Assembly: GCF_001194135.2 (NCBI RefSeq)
Contig: NC_068984.1
Location: 98,083,006 to 98,147,005, forward strand
DNA: 64,000 nucleotides
Reading direction: 5' to 3'
Source of the DNA: Octopus bimaculoides
Lineage: Eukaryota
The notes under the pieces are model-generated. The model did not search any database. It was not told the origin of the DNA and was given only the letters and a program-made list of their open reading frames with translations. The position numbers and the translations under genes were made by a program. This document shows, one piece after another, positions 25,342 to 39,397 of this stretch; the stretch's first letter is position 1, and every line of letters begins with the position of its first letter.

Positions 25342-26012
25342 TATGCATATAATATATAACTGCATCAGTTATTGCACACATATACATGTAGTTGTTCATG
25401 CATCCACATGTACATATGTATAAACAAGCACACATTTCCATTAATTACATATTCACTTAGTAAAATTCTATTGTAATTTACATTGACTTCAAAAATATTT
25501 TCTGTGATGAACTCAATGCCAAAATTAATCCATGAACAAGCTTTTGGGTTATTTATTGTTACTTTTTGTGTAAAAATATGTATGTCTTTATATACTTACC
25601 TACGTTTCAGTTTATGTACAATAAAAATAATATGCTTGTATGTGTGTATGTATGCCTGCCTGTATAGATGTATAAATGCTGAATTAGTTTTTGTTTAAAT
25701 TATCAATGTAAAGATACTAGTTTATATAATATTCACATTCCTTTTCCCCAAGTAAAATTGTATTTTATATATGTGTGCGTGTGTCTATATATTTTTGTGT
25801 TTGTGATTGTACACATGTCATTTTCGGTGTATGCATCATTAAGATTGCTTATAACCACATTTCTGCTTGTCTAAGCATGTGTGCGTGTGTATGTATGTGT
25901 GTGTGTGTATATATATGTGTGTGTGTGTGTACATACATATGTAAATATGTATATCCATAAACCCCATTTATATCCATTTGAATTTGAACAGGTGTAAGTG
26001 CATACATGTGTC

Positions 26013-26085
<73 letters not shown>

Positions 26086-27552
26086 TTTTGTATGTACACG
26101 TGTATGTGTGTGCGTGCAGATGTATGTACATATCTAACTCTTTCTCTCCTTTCTTTACTACTTGATTTGCTATTTATCCCTTCCCCCAACAATCTATTCT
26201 ACTTCTGATTACTAACTATGTATAAATACTTGAACCAATTCTTTGATGGACATGCTGAATTTAAAAATACAATGTATATTGGAGGGAGATGAAAATCATT
26301 CCAGCAGAGATGGGAGGATGCAGAAAGAGAATCACAAGCATGGGCTTCTACACAGTTTCCTTCAACAAAACTCATTCACAAGGTATTGGTCAGCTTGAGT
26401 CTATTGTACAAAAAAATATGCTTAAAGTGCTGTGCAGTGAGACTGAACCTAAAATCAAAAGCATTTTAGCTGTAAACATTAATTGTTTAATATACCTTGG
26501 ACTACTGCCAAAGAACAGATTCAATTCATCTGACAGGTTACTACATATAAGACTTAGTGGCAGTCAACAAGAGGCTTTGGTGGAAGACACTTGAGTAAAG
26601 TGCCATGGAGCGGGATTGAACCTTGAATCAAGCTTCTTAATCATAATTAGAGAGCTAATGAAGCATTATACCATTAGGCACAACAATACAGCGAATGTTA
26701 AAGTCTTCTCTACTGCAAACTTCAAACAATGCAGCAATACATTGATTTATTTCATATCTGCTGGCATTCTTTAATATAAAGTGCCATTTGATAATATGCC
26801 AGATGATTGGCCAACATAGCTTCAATTTTGCAATATATGTACACACACACACATATATATATTAAAAAAAGTCTCTTGGTTTGCTAAAAATCTCTGCCCA
26901 CTTCCTATTTATTATTGTGATAATCATTAACCTTATTTTAGATGCAGAAGTTTATTAGATCAATCCAATAGAATGATTTGACAATCAACACCGCTAGAAT
27001 TTGCTTAAATAACAAATTTATACATCAATGCTATTTTATTAATACTACAGTTATATTTTTATTGGTATCTTGCAGATTGCAGGAGACTGAAAGTTTAAAT
27101 TTCCTACAAGAGCGATTTTCAATAATTCTAATTGTGCATTAAACCAATGAGATTTTTAAAAATTTTTATACAATATTAAGAATAAAAGCTTTCTAGTTTC
27201 AAGTGTTCCAATTTTGATACCAAAGAACACTTACATGTAAGCAAATAATCACAATATTTTAATTTCTGAAGAATAAAATATAAAAAACCTCACAACAACT
27301 TTTTATATAGTTTGATCTATTCATGGCTATATTTGTAACAAGAATCCACTGTTTTAATTCATTTTCAAATTAATTACAAGTTTAGAATAGAGTTTAATAA
27401 AATAGCTATAGTATTTTGTAAAACTTGTGGAAGGGCTGAATGTGTTTCGTATTTTACAGACAAGAAAGTAAATTTTGACTACAGTATAGCTGTAAAAACA
27501 GCAGGAAGATTGGATATTTTACTCTTATAAGATGGGAAAAGTTGCCAGCAGA

Positions 27553-27620
27553 TGGCTATAGGACTTGAACTTGTACCCCTTAGACACCAGCTCAATACTC
27601 TAGCATTAAGCTAAGCAGCC
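27553..27620 (-). pseudogene. tRNA-like unit (left arm of the palindrome)
   Basis: GGCTGCTTAGCTTAATGCTAGAGTATTGAGCTGGTGTCTAAGGGGTACAAGTTCAAGTCCTATAGCCA has an A box, a TTCAA T-loop and a shortened acceptor stem. Confidence 0.6.
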
Positions 27621-27631
27621 TGCTGACAGTG

Positions 27632-27699
27632 GGCTGTTTAGCTTAATGGTAGAGTATTCATCTGATATCTGAGGGGTACGGGCTCAAGTCCCATAGCCA
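27632..27699 (+). pseudogene. tRNA-like unit (right arm); anticodon loop reads CT-GAT-AT (Ile-GAU-like)
   Basis: GGCTGTTTAGCTTAATGGTAGAGTATTCATCTGATATCTGAGGGGTACGGGCTCAAGTCCCATAGCCA. D, anticodon and T arms are recognisable; the 3' acceptor strand is 3 nt short. Confidence 0.6.
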
Positions 27700-28390
27700 T
27701 CTGCTGACAACTTTTCTCATCTTGTAAGGGTAAAATAACCATTCTTTTTGCTGTTTTCACAGCTATACTGTATTCAAAATGTACTTTCATGTCTGTAAAA
27801 TACTTATAATGTTTATTTTTTGTTGATATAATTAAATAGGTGTTTTAAGCAAACTCTTAAATAAAACTATTTCAGAGCTTTTACTTCTTCAAATTTTATA
27901 GTAACAATCATGTAAAAGGTCATTTTGATTGGTAACAGAACTGAGAGATCTTGCAGCATTGCAAATTTTAAAATTTGCATATTGTTGGGTCAGTTGTTTC
28001 CATATTTTATTAATGAAGTATGGAGGCTATTTTGTCAGCCAAGCAGATTAAAGCTTTTTTTCTATTATAAAATTCATGCAATATTCGTATGCCTATTTGC
28101 AACATAGCTTGCGTTTTCACTATGACTTAAAACGGTTAGACTCAAACAGAAAATTGTCCCGTAATTACCATTTGAATGGAAATTTTGTTTTCACTATAAA
28201 ACACATATTGCTAAGTTTTTTACCACCCACTTGACACCCAACTACATTCTAACTGACAAATATAGAGTGCTTCATAGGTGATATAAATGTCCTAAATTCA
28301 GTGGCGGTGCGAATAAAGATGTTACATGTTAATTTAATGTATTAAACTTATCTTTATTAATGTATAATGAATTATACATATATATATATA

Positions 28391-28549
28391 GGCGCAGGAG
28401 TGACTATGTGGTAAGTAGCTTGCTTACCAACCACATGGTTCCGGGTTCAGTCCCACTGCGTGGCACCTTGGGCAAGTGTCTTCTGCTATAGCAAAGCCTT
28501 GTGAGTGGATTTGGTAGGTGGAAACTGAAAGAAGCCTGTCGTATATATG

Positions 28550-28586
<37 letters not shown>

Positions 28587-28790
28587 TTGTGTTTGTTCCC
28601 CCAAAATCGTTTAACAACCGATGCCGGTGTGTTTACGTCCCCGTAACTTAGCGGTTCGGCAAAAGAGACCGATAGAATAAGTACTAGGCTTACAAAGAAT
28701 AAGCCCTGGGGTCGATTTGCTCGACTAAAGGCGGTGCCCCAGCATGGCTGCAGTCAAATGACTGAAATAAGTAAAAGAGTAAAAGAGAGA
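28391..28790 (+). mobile_element. SINE family A, near full length
   Basis: tRNA-like head (ggttccgggttcagtccc), CCTTGGGCAAGTG core, internal (TA)/(TG) tract, aaagagtaaaagag tail. Confidence 0.9.
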
Positions 28791-30934
28791 GAGTATACAA
28801 GATTTACATAGATATAAAAGAACTTATGATCTGCCTGCAGACTTTTTTCTTTGGAAATTTTTGCCCACCACACTAAAAAGTTTCCCCCAACTGTTTCAAT
28901 ACTTTTTCAGTCAATTTCCAAACCTATACAAATATTCATTTCACATCTTGTCAACTTACAGGCTACTACTATCATTCCAGCACTATATAAATGGACATTT
29001 TAAACATACATTATTACAGATGTCTGTCAACAACAATCAGCTACACAAACAAAAAGAAAGAAAAAATGGGGAGGGAGAGAATAGATAGTTTTATAAACAG
29101 TTCCCAACTCAATTGCTGATGGGATTAACTCTTTCAAGGCACACTGCCATCTTTAAAAAGAATGGAAGACATTTGATACTGTAGTTTTAGACACACAGTA
29201 CTGAGATAAAGAACAGGCTGTCATGGCTGGACCACCACTAATCATAGATCTGCCTACTCAGGGCTGACCTGAGATAAACAACTAAGATTACACCAGATAA
29301 ATTAATCCATTTTAGATCATCTAAAATGCATTAACAATTCCTAACTCTTATACACTATCATCAATAACACTTGACCATAAACATCTTAAACATTTGTGAA
29401 ATTTACAACTTGACTTGTATATCCACTCTAATAATCTTACTCTTAACCCACTAGATCCATGGTTAAATTATATCTCCCTACAATATCCTACTGTCAATAA
29501 AATGAGCAAATGAAGGAAGTTCTACAGTGATGCTTGATTTGCAAAGTAAAACAGTCAAATTTCCTCCAGAAGCTTCTATTTTTATCAGAAGTTCACACCT
29601 TAAGTTCAGCATTTTGGGATAAGATGAAGATGCTCTTCAATTAAAATAAGCATTACATTAGAAACTCTGACTGGATGCTAGCACAATTTTAAAAGTTTTC
29701 TCTCATCAACTCTCCAATAAACAATAAAGCCAAATTTCCCTAAAGGGTAAAAAAAAAAGACAAAACAAAAACAAAACATGTAAACATACAAACCCATCTA
29801 AGATAATTGACATAACTGCTTAATAGTGACTAAGCAAGAACAAGTGACTTGAGAAGGTAGTGGGATGCAGAGGTATTGATTGACCAGTATGCAGGTTTTA
29901 CTGTAAATTAGTGACAAACACAGTAACTTTATGGTAGAAAATCTCAGACTGGATTTGTGAATATTAGTTCTTAGAGAAATAAGAAGCTGAGATGAATGCA
30001 GAGATACAGCATGTAATATGGAAAAACAAATATTATTGTTGTGGTGATAATGCTGATCACAATGTCAAAGGATCTGATCTGGAAAGAAGTTTCACCATCA
30101 TCATAAGGATAATCGATCTGAAGATAATCATAAGTGCTAAGCTAAGCCTGAAGGTTTCATTCTGGGCTTGAGATGTTTAACACATTAAAGAAATCAGTTT
30201 AATTTCTACAGATTATTTTGAGATAAACCAGATTTTGTCATAGAATTTCATGTATGCAATATTACTGAAGTCAAATTGGAATACTAAATAATGTTTCTCA
30301 CAAATTTATAAGTTGTCCCTATGCTACTTGATGTTTTATAGGTCAAGAAATTTTTTCAAGTTTTCCAGGACAATATGCTTGCCTATTTATTTTTTTGTTT
30401 TGGTGCCAATTTATGGAAAACAATTGATTGAAATACAAATGATTGAAAATAGTTGTTTAAAAAAAAAAAATAACATTTAATCAAATTATATACTTGAAAT
30501 ATGGGACATGGGTTGAAGGAAAAGTTATTTTTGTCACCCATTACTAAAACAACCTACTATCTATCAAAATGTAAAAATGTTAGACATATACACACACACA
30601 AGTGTAATGTGGATGTATTGTGTTTAGAGTTTAAAACAGCAGTTTTTAGACTGTAAACATAAACATCACACACACAAATAAACTACACTCATTTATACAT
30701 TTAATAAAAGTAATTAGTTTGATAAAGCATGACAATATAACATTAACCTTAATTTAATCAACTGTTAATTCAAGCAACTGTGATGTTGATTAATTGTTTT
30801 TACAGTTAAATTGTTTTCAACCAATCATTTATGTACATATGTACATACAGGAGATGGTTTAATCATGCCCATGGCCTTTGTCCCTCTGATAACAGTAACA
30901 AAAGAGCAAGGTGCCTGCTAACAAGATTGGACTT

Positions 30935-31013
<79 letters not shown>

Positions 31014-32305
31014 ATCACTTGCATGCTAACAATATTTTTCAAAACATGAAACAATTTTAAATATTAAAAAGCTTGCTATTGTGTACAGCAAAGCAACACT
31101 TAAATACACTAATCAATTTGAATGTACTTTTAATTTCTGTTAGCAAGGTAATACATACCCACACATACATATGTACACAAATACACACACACATATATAA
31201 AATACTATTTTATATGTGGTCGATTTCCTTCCCCATTAAGAAAAATTCTATGAATAGAAATAGTTCATATAAATGCAAAAAAAATTAAAAGCTTTATAAC
31301 ATTTCATTTTGAAAGCAGATATAAAATTTTACAAAGAAGTATTATTTTACACATTTTAATGGTCTGTGCAGTAGGTTTGTATATAAAAAGAAAATTCATC
31401 ACTTAGGATTTGATAAATAAATCTTTTATGAAATTTTGAGAAAGTTGCAACTGGTTGAATTAACAAAGAACCAGCTTATAAGATGAAGAGTTAATGATTT
31501 ACATCAATCAATGAATATGAAGTTATCTATGATAACAACTATGAACCAATAAGTTATAGGAAATGACGCTACATTATAACATATGGACAGACAGTTGAAG
31601 TTTCTTTGCTTATTTTCCTTTCTTTATGAGCTTGTCAAAAGAGGAGGGGCAGTGCCTATGATATTCGTAGGCTCTCCCGGGCTAGTGAGATAAATATGGT
31701 TGATGTTCATCTCAAATATCTAATGACTGACGTCTGCAGACAAAACATGGGTGATGAGGGAATTGAAGAAATGGCACTTCTATGGAGGAAGTATTAAGTG
31801 AAGTGTTTAGTACAGTAAGTACAAATGAAAAAGGATGGGCTCAGATAGAGAGGGTATACAGCTAAACTAGCTGTATACCCAGAGTAGCAGACATTTTTCT
31901 TTGAAATTGTTAAAGCAGAGAGAGAAAACAGTTTGCATGTGAGCTAGTGGTTTAAGGATGATTGCTAAAAGTTCAAGACAGAAAATTATAACATTTCATA
32001 TCATATTTACATAACATTTCTATAAATATGGTAACTTTCAAGTTCTAATTTGCATTGCAAAATGACAGTAAGAAAAGAAGGGAGTGATGTGATAAACAGA
32101 TTGATGTTCAAAACATCTGCCAGGTATAAATGAAGAAATGAATGCAAGGAATACAAAGAACCTGGCAAAGAAATGTGAACTAAAGTGATATGCTGAGTAC
32201 TGATGAATTTGCAAAAGCAAGAGGGAATCAAAGGTAGAGGCATACAAGGGGAAATGACTGCACAGGTGTGTGTGCCTCTATGTGACTGTGTATATGTGTG
32301 TGTAT

Positions 32306-32357
<52 letters not shown>

Positions 32358-32669
32358 ATAAATACATATATTTATATATATACATACATATACATTCATG
32401 TATACATATATTTTCGTGTGTGTGTGTGTATACACCTTCTCCATGACTTACAACCAAGTTCTGTTCCTACTGACAGGTTGTAAATCGATCTGGTTATATG
32501 TCAGATTTATATTTTTCAACACTATTTTCATTCAAACAGGTTATAAAAATATAAAACACAAAAATTTAATCCATAACCATTGTACACAATGAGAAAATAC
32601 ATATGTACTCTATTGCACTGTAAACAAAAATACAATCTAAAATTAATGTTTTCTTCATAATCAATAAAA

Positions 32670-33110
32670 TCTTGAAAGGGATACCCTCTCTCTGCACAAT
32701 ATTCACGAGCCTGAGGAATGAATCAGTTCATGAAAAAGTCTTCGAACAGTGCTTGAATCATCCAAGCTTTACGGTTTGAATGGTAGTAAATGGGCAGTGT
32801 ATGCCTGTTGATGTTCTTAAATGCACAAGAGTTTTCCGAATGATAGATAAGAAAGGCTTCAGCTTAAGACCCATGGCATTACCACTAACCAACAAAGTTA
32901 ACCTATCCTTAAAAACTTTGAATCCTGGCATCCTTTTTCCTTCTTGGTGTATGTATATGTGAGTAGGCATTCATTTTCATAGCAAGCTGGTTTCATCTAT
33001 GTTGGATATTTGTTCTGGTAGATAACCTTCTTCAATTAATTCATCAAAACTATCAACGTATTTTTAGGCTCCATCTTCATCTGCACTTCCCTGCCTCTCC
33101 TGTGACACGT
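32670..33110 (-). mobile_element. Tigger/pogo transposase fragment
   Basis: VTGEA..YLPEQISNIDETSL..MPTHIYIHQEGKRMPGFKVFKDRLTLLVSGNA.GLKLKP..AWMIQALFEDF. Confidence 0.8.
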
Positions 33111-33272
33111 ATAATATACAAAGCAAATATTTTTTTTAAATGTACAAACTACCCATTACAAGCCTGAAAATCTTGTGTGAAATCGTCTCTGGAGTGTGAT
33201 CTTAAAGTCTAAAACTGACTTCTAGTAAATACTTGCTGTGGCTATAAAGATGAAAAAAGTGAAGTTGAAATA

Positions 33273-34587
33273 TCAGGTCATCCCATAAGTTCTGTCCGAT
33301 TTTACCTTTTTCAAAATTGAATGAAATTTAATAGTATTTTATTATGTTTTATGTATTTGAAAATTATTTTTATGCATTTGTGTACATTTAAACTAATTAA
33401 ATATTATTTTACAGAATAATAGAATTAAAATTTCTTTGATTAAAACTCTTTCTAACATGGAAGTATCCAAGGAGCATTTAAGGCACATAATGCTTTATGA
33501 GTACAAAAAAAGAAACTCTGCAGCCAAAGCGACTNNNNNNNNNNNNNNNNNNNNNNNNNNNNNNNNNNNNNNNNNNNNNNNNNNNNNNNNNNNNNNNNNN
33601 NNNNNNNNNNNNNNNNNNNNNNNNNNNNNNNNNNNNNNNNNNNNNNNNNNNNNNNNNNNNNNNNNNNNNNNNNNNNNNNNNNNNNNNNNNNNNNNNNNNN
33701 NNNNNNNNNNNNNNNNNNNNNNNNNNNNNNNNNNNNNNNNNNNNNNNNNNNNNNNNNNNNNNNNNNNNNNNNNNNNNNNNNNNNNNNNNNNNNNNNNNNN
33801 NNNNNNNNNNNNNNNNNNNNNNNNNNNNNNNNNNNNNNNNNNNNNNNNNNNNNNNNNNNNNNNNNNNNNNNNNNNNNNNNNNNNNNNNNNNNNNNNNNNN
33901 NNNNNNNNNNNNNNNNNNNNNNNNNNNNNNNNNNNNNNNNNNNNNNNNNNNNNNNNNNNNNNNNNNNNNNNNNNNNNNNNNNNNNNNNNNNNNNNNNNNN
34001 NNNNNNNNNNNNNNNNNNNNNNNNNNNNNNNNNNNNNNNNNNNNNNNNNNNNNNNNNNNNNNNNNNNNNNNNNNNNNNNNNNNNNNNNNNNNNNNNNNNN
34101 NNNNNNNNNNNNNNNNNNNNNNNNNNNNNNNNNNNNNNNNNNNNNNNNNNNNNNNNNNNNNNNNNNNNNNNNNNNNNNNNNNNNNNGAATTGAAAAGGAG
34201 TGATGCTTCATCAGGACAATGCACGATCCCACACTGCAAAGATCACATCACAGAAGATCGAATAGCTTGGTTGGGAAAAAAATTCCTCATCCACCTTATT
34301 CTCCCAACCTTGCTCTTTCAGACTACCATTTGTTTCATAGTTTACAGAATCATTTGGGGGACATAACTTTCGCAAGACAGGAGGAGGTCAAGACTGACAT
34401 TTCAGAGTTCTTCGCTTTGAAACCAAAAGAGTTTTACATTGATGGGATTAAAAAGCTTGTAAATAGATGGAAGGAAGTCATAGATAATCAGGGAAAGTAC
34501 ATTGATGATTAAATTTCAGTTAAATATAACATGTGATCACTTGTTTTCTTTATGTAAAATTCGGACAGAATTTATGGGATGACCTGA
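33273..34587 (+). mobile_element. Mariner (DD34D) transposon, full span, middle unsequenced
   Basis: TIR TCAGGTCATCCCATAA(G/A)TTCTGTCCGA (26/27) with TA on both sides. ORF starts MEVSKEHLRHIMLYEY and ends HQDNARSH..YSPNLALSDYHLF..GKYIDD*, with 34 residues between the catalytic Asps and one premature TAG. Ns at 33535-34187. Confidence 0.95.
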
Positions 34588-37500
34588 TAGATAATAGATG
34601 CTGGAATATGGAAAAATAAAAAATAATGTAGGGGAGCTAAATGAACTGGGAATGAAAATAGTAAATAAAGGGTTTATTTTATATGTATTGATAGGTAAGG
34701 TTATACAGTAAATATGTTTTAGTATAAATAAAAATTATGAGGTAAGGAACTAGGCTGACATAATGTGAGAGGGATATTTAAAGGTATTATGGTAGTATTA
34801 ATATTCAAGTAACTGGACTCACATCTCTTTTTCTCATAACGATAAATATGAATCTCCTAGATTCTATTCTGCTATTTCCTTTCTCAAGTACTTTGTAAAA
34901 ATTTTGTTTATACTTCTTGCACTGTGAGTACACTGATATATAATTAATTTAATTAATCAATCTAATTCACTTCAACCATGAATTTGCATTATTTTTATAT
35001 CTCTGTACGAAACTATCACCTGCATGAATTAAAATTCTCTTATATATTTTAACAACTTCTCTTCTCCATTTTTAATTAAATTGTTGAGTTTTATGGGATT
35101 TCTTTCCATAAATTCAAGACACACCATGCACATGCACATATACATACATACATATAAGCTTACACACACACACACACACGAATGAAATAATTTATGGTAT
35201 AAAAATGCCATGAATTAGAAGAGGTGAAGAGCACTTCAAATATAGGTAGATGATATAATATTAGGAATGAAATTGTTAAATATTCACATCTGTGAATAGT
35301 TTAGTTTCCCAGATGACATGATTTAAGACCTGAACAAATGCAGAGATGCCATCTTGCAGTCATTCAACTTGTAAATGCCATGGGAAAACTGATGTTAAAA
35401 CATCGACACTAATGATAATGACATTAAGGTCCAAATCAAAATAATCAGAGATTCTTATTCATAATTCATTAATGTTTTTTTTTCATACAACTTGATTGTT
35501 GTATTAACCAATATTATCATTCAGTGTCTTGTTAATGACCCTTTTCAGAGTTAACACATATTTCAATGAGCTTTTTTTCTCTCAAAAAGAAAAAGAAAAA
35601 AAAGTCTCATTAATTTTGATGCATTGACTTCATTTAAAAATAATGCAGTTACAGCTAGGTGGAGCTACCCACTTTCAAAGTGATAAATTTAAATAGTAAG
35701 TAGCTTTGAAAGAATTATCACAACATTCCGCAGATTTTCAATAAGAATTACAGCCTATAATCTCACTAAAATTGCAAAAGTAAATACAAATAATTGTATT
35801 GATTTCAGTAACAATTGCTTTTTCAGTCTTATTTTCGTACTATATCTTTTAAAGGCTTACTCAGCAGATGAAACAGTGTCCATAACCTTTTTTTTAGGGT
35901 CTCTCATATTGGTAGGAGGAAGTTTTGCTCAGACTAGACTTGACCCAAATGTGTGCAATAAAAACAATTTCACTAAAGGCATTCAAGGGCCAAATGGTGT
36001 GTTAAACTGAGCAATGGGACTAAGCTCACCATCAAAAAACTTTCTGCCTACCAAATTTTATACACAAGAATTGAGCTGATCAAAGGTTACAGCAAAAGAT
36101 GCTTTATTGATGCCTTGCAATGGGACTTGGGATTACGAATTTGCATAGCAAATTTCTTTAGCTGACAGTCATTCAATTCAAATAGCCTTCCATTTTTTCA
36201 TCTTGATTACATCGTCTTGAGATAAAGATCTTGTACAATTTACACTGAAATGAACAAAATCTTGGTTCTACACAGACAGACAAGTGGCTTACAACTGTAC
36301 CCTCTATAAACAAATCTGAGTAAAACTATTTTTATCATATCATATGCAACAACAATAGCACCATTCCTCATACACAAAACTACAACAGCTATAGTTACAT
36401 ACAGCATTTCAACACTACTATTCAATATCATTACACAAAACTCAGGGAGAATAAGCATAACACCCAGAACAAAAACCAAGAACTTATCCAGCTTGCCTTG
36501 TTGACAAACAGCATAAAAGTATATAAGATTAAATCATAACACTAATCCTCCAAATAATGATATACTAGTCCTTCATAGACAAGCAGTCTTTCTGTTATAA
36601 CCACAAACTATATAACGCTTGCAGCATGATTAAGCATTGCACATGTGTTAAGCCATAATTTAATGAAAGACAACGAATACAAGATATACTGAAATATGGT
36701 CTTCTGGCTAGAGTTCTGACAAGGTTGTATACACATACACAGATGCTTCAGTTTTATGACAACACTGTTCTAAATCTATTGCCTTTCATTTCATTGATCC
36801 AGTCAAAAACATTTTTCCATGAAAATAACATTAACTATCATTCTTTCTAGTTGAATGGAATCCATTCTTAAAAAATTCTGCATGTCATCTACATTGTCCA
36901 CCTACACCACACTTATTAATAATCTAGACAGCAAACTATTAGTAACATGCCCCTTCCTGATAACGTCACACTGCATAAGCATTTGCTGCTCCTCTAAGAT
37001 CCATACTTAGAATGGTGCAACTTTTATACTTACAAACAGTCAAGATCAAATCCTCCAAGAAAAAACATTAAAATAACAAACAAAGATTCATTTACCAACA
37101 CATCTTTATTGTTGGCTACAGTCCCTTCTCCCTACTTCTCCCACTACTGTAAGAGTCTCTGCTTCTCTAAGGTATCAGGCAGCATGCCCCCATCCATTCA
37201 GGTCCCTGAAACACAACCATCCCTCTTCCTCCTATCAATGCAGTCTTACCTTCAAAATCTTACACAAAACACTTTTTCATTCCTTACTCTCTCCTTATAA
37301 GATCCAACAGCTAGAATTCCCCCTCACCTCAAATATGTGTTACAGATATTCAAATTGATTATCTAACCCATCAACTCCCAAAGGCTATAGGTACTGGCTC
37401 TCCTCCTTTGACTAACATACATGTCACCCTTTGCACCTTCAAAAGAGATCAAATCAGAAAAAAAGTAAATAAATAAATAAACTATCAGAAGAATGCATTG

Positions 37501-38889
37501 AAATAGTTGATTGGTTAGAGTTACATAAATTGAGTTACATAGGCAGAGATAAATGAGTAGCAACAGTCTCATTACTTGAAATGCAACTTCAATGTCAGGA
37601 AATATTCTGAATAGAATTTTCAAACATAGCATTTGAAGGAATGACAATTTACTTTTTCTACCATTATATACACCTACATATTGTAGTTAGATTTAATCAG
37701 TTTTATGGAAAAAAAAAAAAAAACATCTGCTTCTGCTTCAAAAGCACCTACCAACCTTGTTGTATAACATCCTCAAAATATAACAGACACTATACACTGT
37801 TTTACTGTTTAATGGATTATAGTGATTCACAAAGTCAGCAGCTGTCACTATAGTAGATTATGCAATTGGTGTGGCAGTTAGTTGTAGCAACAAGTAACCT
37901 TCTAAAACAGGAAAGAAACAAAAGAATTTTGATTCATGCTAATTCATTAAATTGTTAAATAATCTAACACTGTCATCTCACTTAAAACTGCTTGTTTATA
38001 GCCTAAGTATATGTGTATAATTGCATATATAACAAAGAAAAAAAACTGCAGTAACAGTAGTATTTTAGCAGATATTTTAAAATATTAATTATTATGCTAA
38101 AGTAATGTATATAGTAATACCTTTGAATATAGGTGCAGGCATACTCTGTAATTATGTTTGCTCTGTGAATATGCAGTTCTGGTTTTGATCCTATGGCACA
38201 GTAGCTTGGGCAAGTGTTTTCTTCTTTTTTTATTATAGTCTGGGTTTGCTCAAAGCCTTGTGTATGAGAATCTTGGTAGACTGAAGCTGTGTAAAAGCTT
38301 ACATATATGAGTGAGAGAGAGAAAAGGAGAGACACTTCTACTAAAACCTTACGATGACCAAAATCTTGTCAGTGAATTTAGTAGATGGAGATCAAAAGAA
38401 GCCTATTGTTATGTGTGTGCGTTTGTGTGTGTATGTACATGTTTACCTACATTTGTGCTTCTCCAAAAAACCAATGAGCTACAAGTGGTTATGTTATCAT
38501 TTCCTCCTTTCAGCAGACCATCTGTTGGTTTTGCACCATTGAGGATGTGTGCAATAAGAGATCCCTAACATGAAAAACAAGTAAAGGTTAGCAACAGGAA
38601 AGGCATTCAGTTGTAAAATAATGCTAGCATGGAAAAATGAGCATTAAAAAAATCAAAAAAAATCAACAAAATATACATCATAGCTTCCCTTGATGAATTG
38701 TGGCTAAGGATAGAAACAGTGGAGAGAAAACTGAAAGCCAATGCTCTTCTTCAAGAAGCCTTTTGTGTATTTGTTCTACATTGGGTTACAGACACTTCCC
38801 TTGATATTCTTTCTGTCAGAAGTGCAGTGAGAATGATTAGTCTATTGGAAAGTTGTAACTATAATGATGCTTTCTTTTCCAACTGCATT

Positions 38890-39290
38890 ACAAAATAAAT
38901 AGTTGAAAACGAATTGATAACAAAAGTCCAATGTCTACATTCTAGAACAAGCAGAAATGAAAAGCTTTGAGGTGATGGTCATCAGGTATCAGCTATGCTG
39001 GATTAACCATGTTCAAAGGATAGAGATGCCTTCAAGCAAAACCTAATACCCTGCATCATCCTACCAAAGAAGTTTGAGTGTCACAAAGAATAGAAAGCAA
39101 CGGAGAAATCTCTGACACCTGAACAGCCAATTTCTATGAGCAAAACAGAAAAGACTAGGGGTATCAGAAACATCATATGAGAAAAAGAAGAGTATCCACC
39201 AGTGAAGAATTGCTAATGGTCCCATGCAGAGAATGTTATCACACATTTCAATCAAATCTGGATCTCCATAGTCACCTGAGAGCCCATGTC
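38890..39290 (+). mobile_element. Old RTE LINE C-terminal remnant with C2H2 finger
   Basis: NVYILEQAEMKSFEVMVIRYQLCWINHVQR and PCRECYHTFQSNLDLHSHLRAH. Confidence 0.55.
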
Positions 39291-39361
39291 ACAATAAGAT
39301 AAAAGCAATTAATATAAACAGGACACATTGACAAAGTCCATGACAACAAACACACACACAT

Positions 39362-39397
<36 letters not shown>

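Larger units (their letters stand above)
27449..27803. repeat. 355-bp palindrome: two ungapped 172-bp arms and an 11-bp spacer
   Basis: 27449-27620 aligns without indels to the reverse complement of 27632-27803, at roughly 85% identity by eye. Confidence 0.95.

Noticed and set aside
37363-37647. 94-aa ORF as an N-terminal HECW coding exon
   Set aside because: No homology seen, and joining it to the 10369 acceptor meets in-frame stops.
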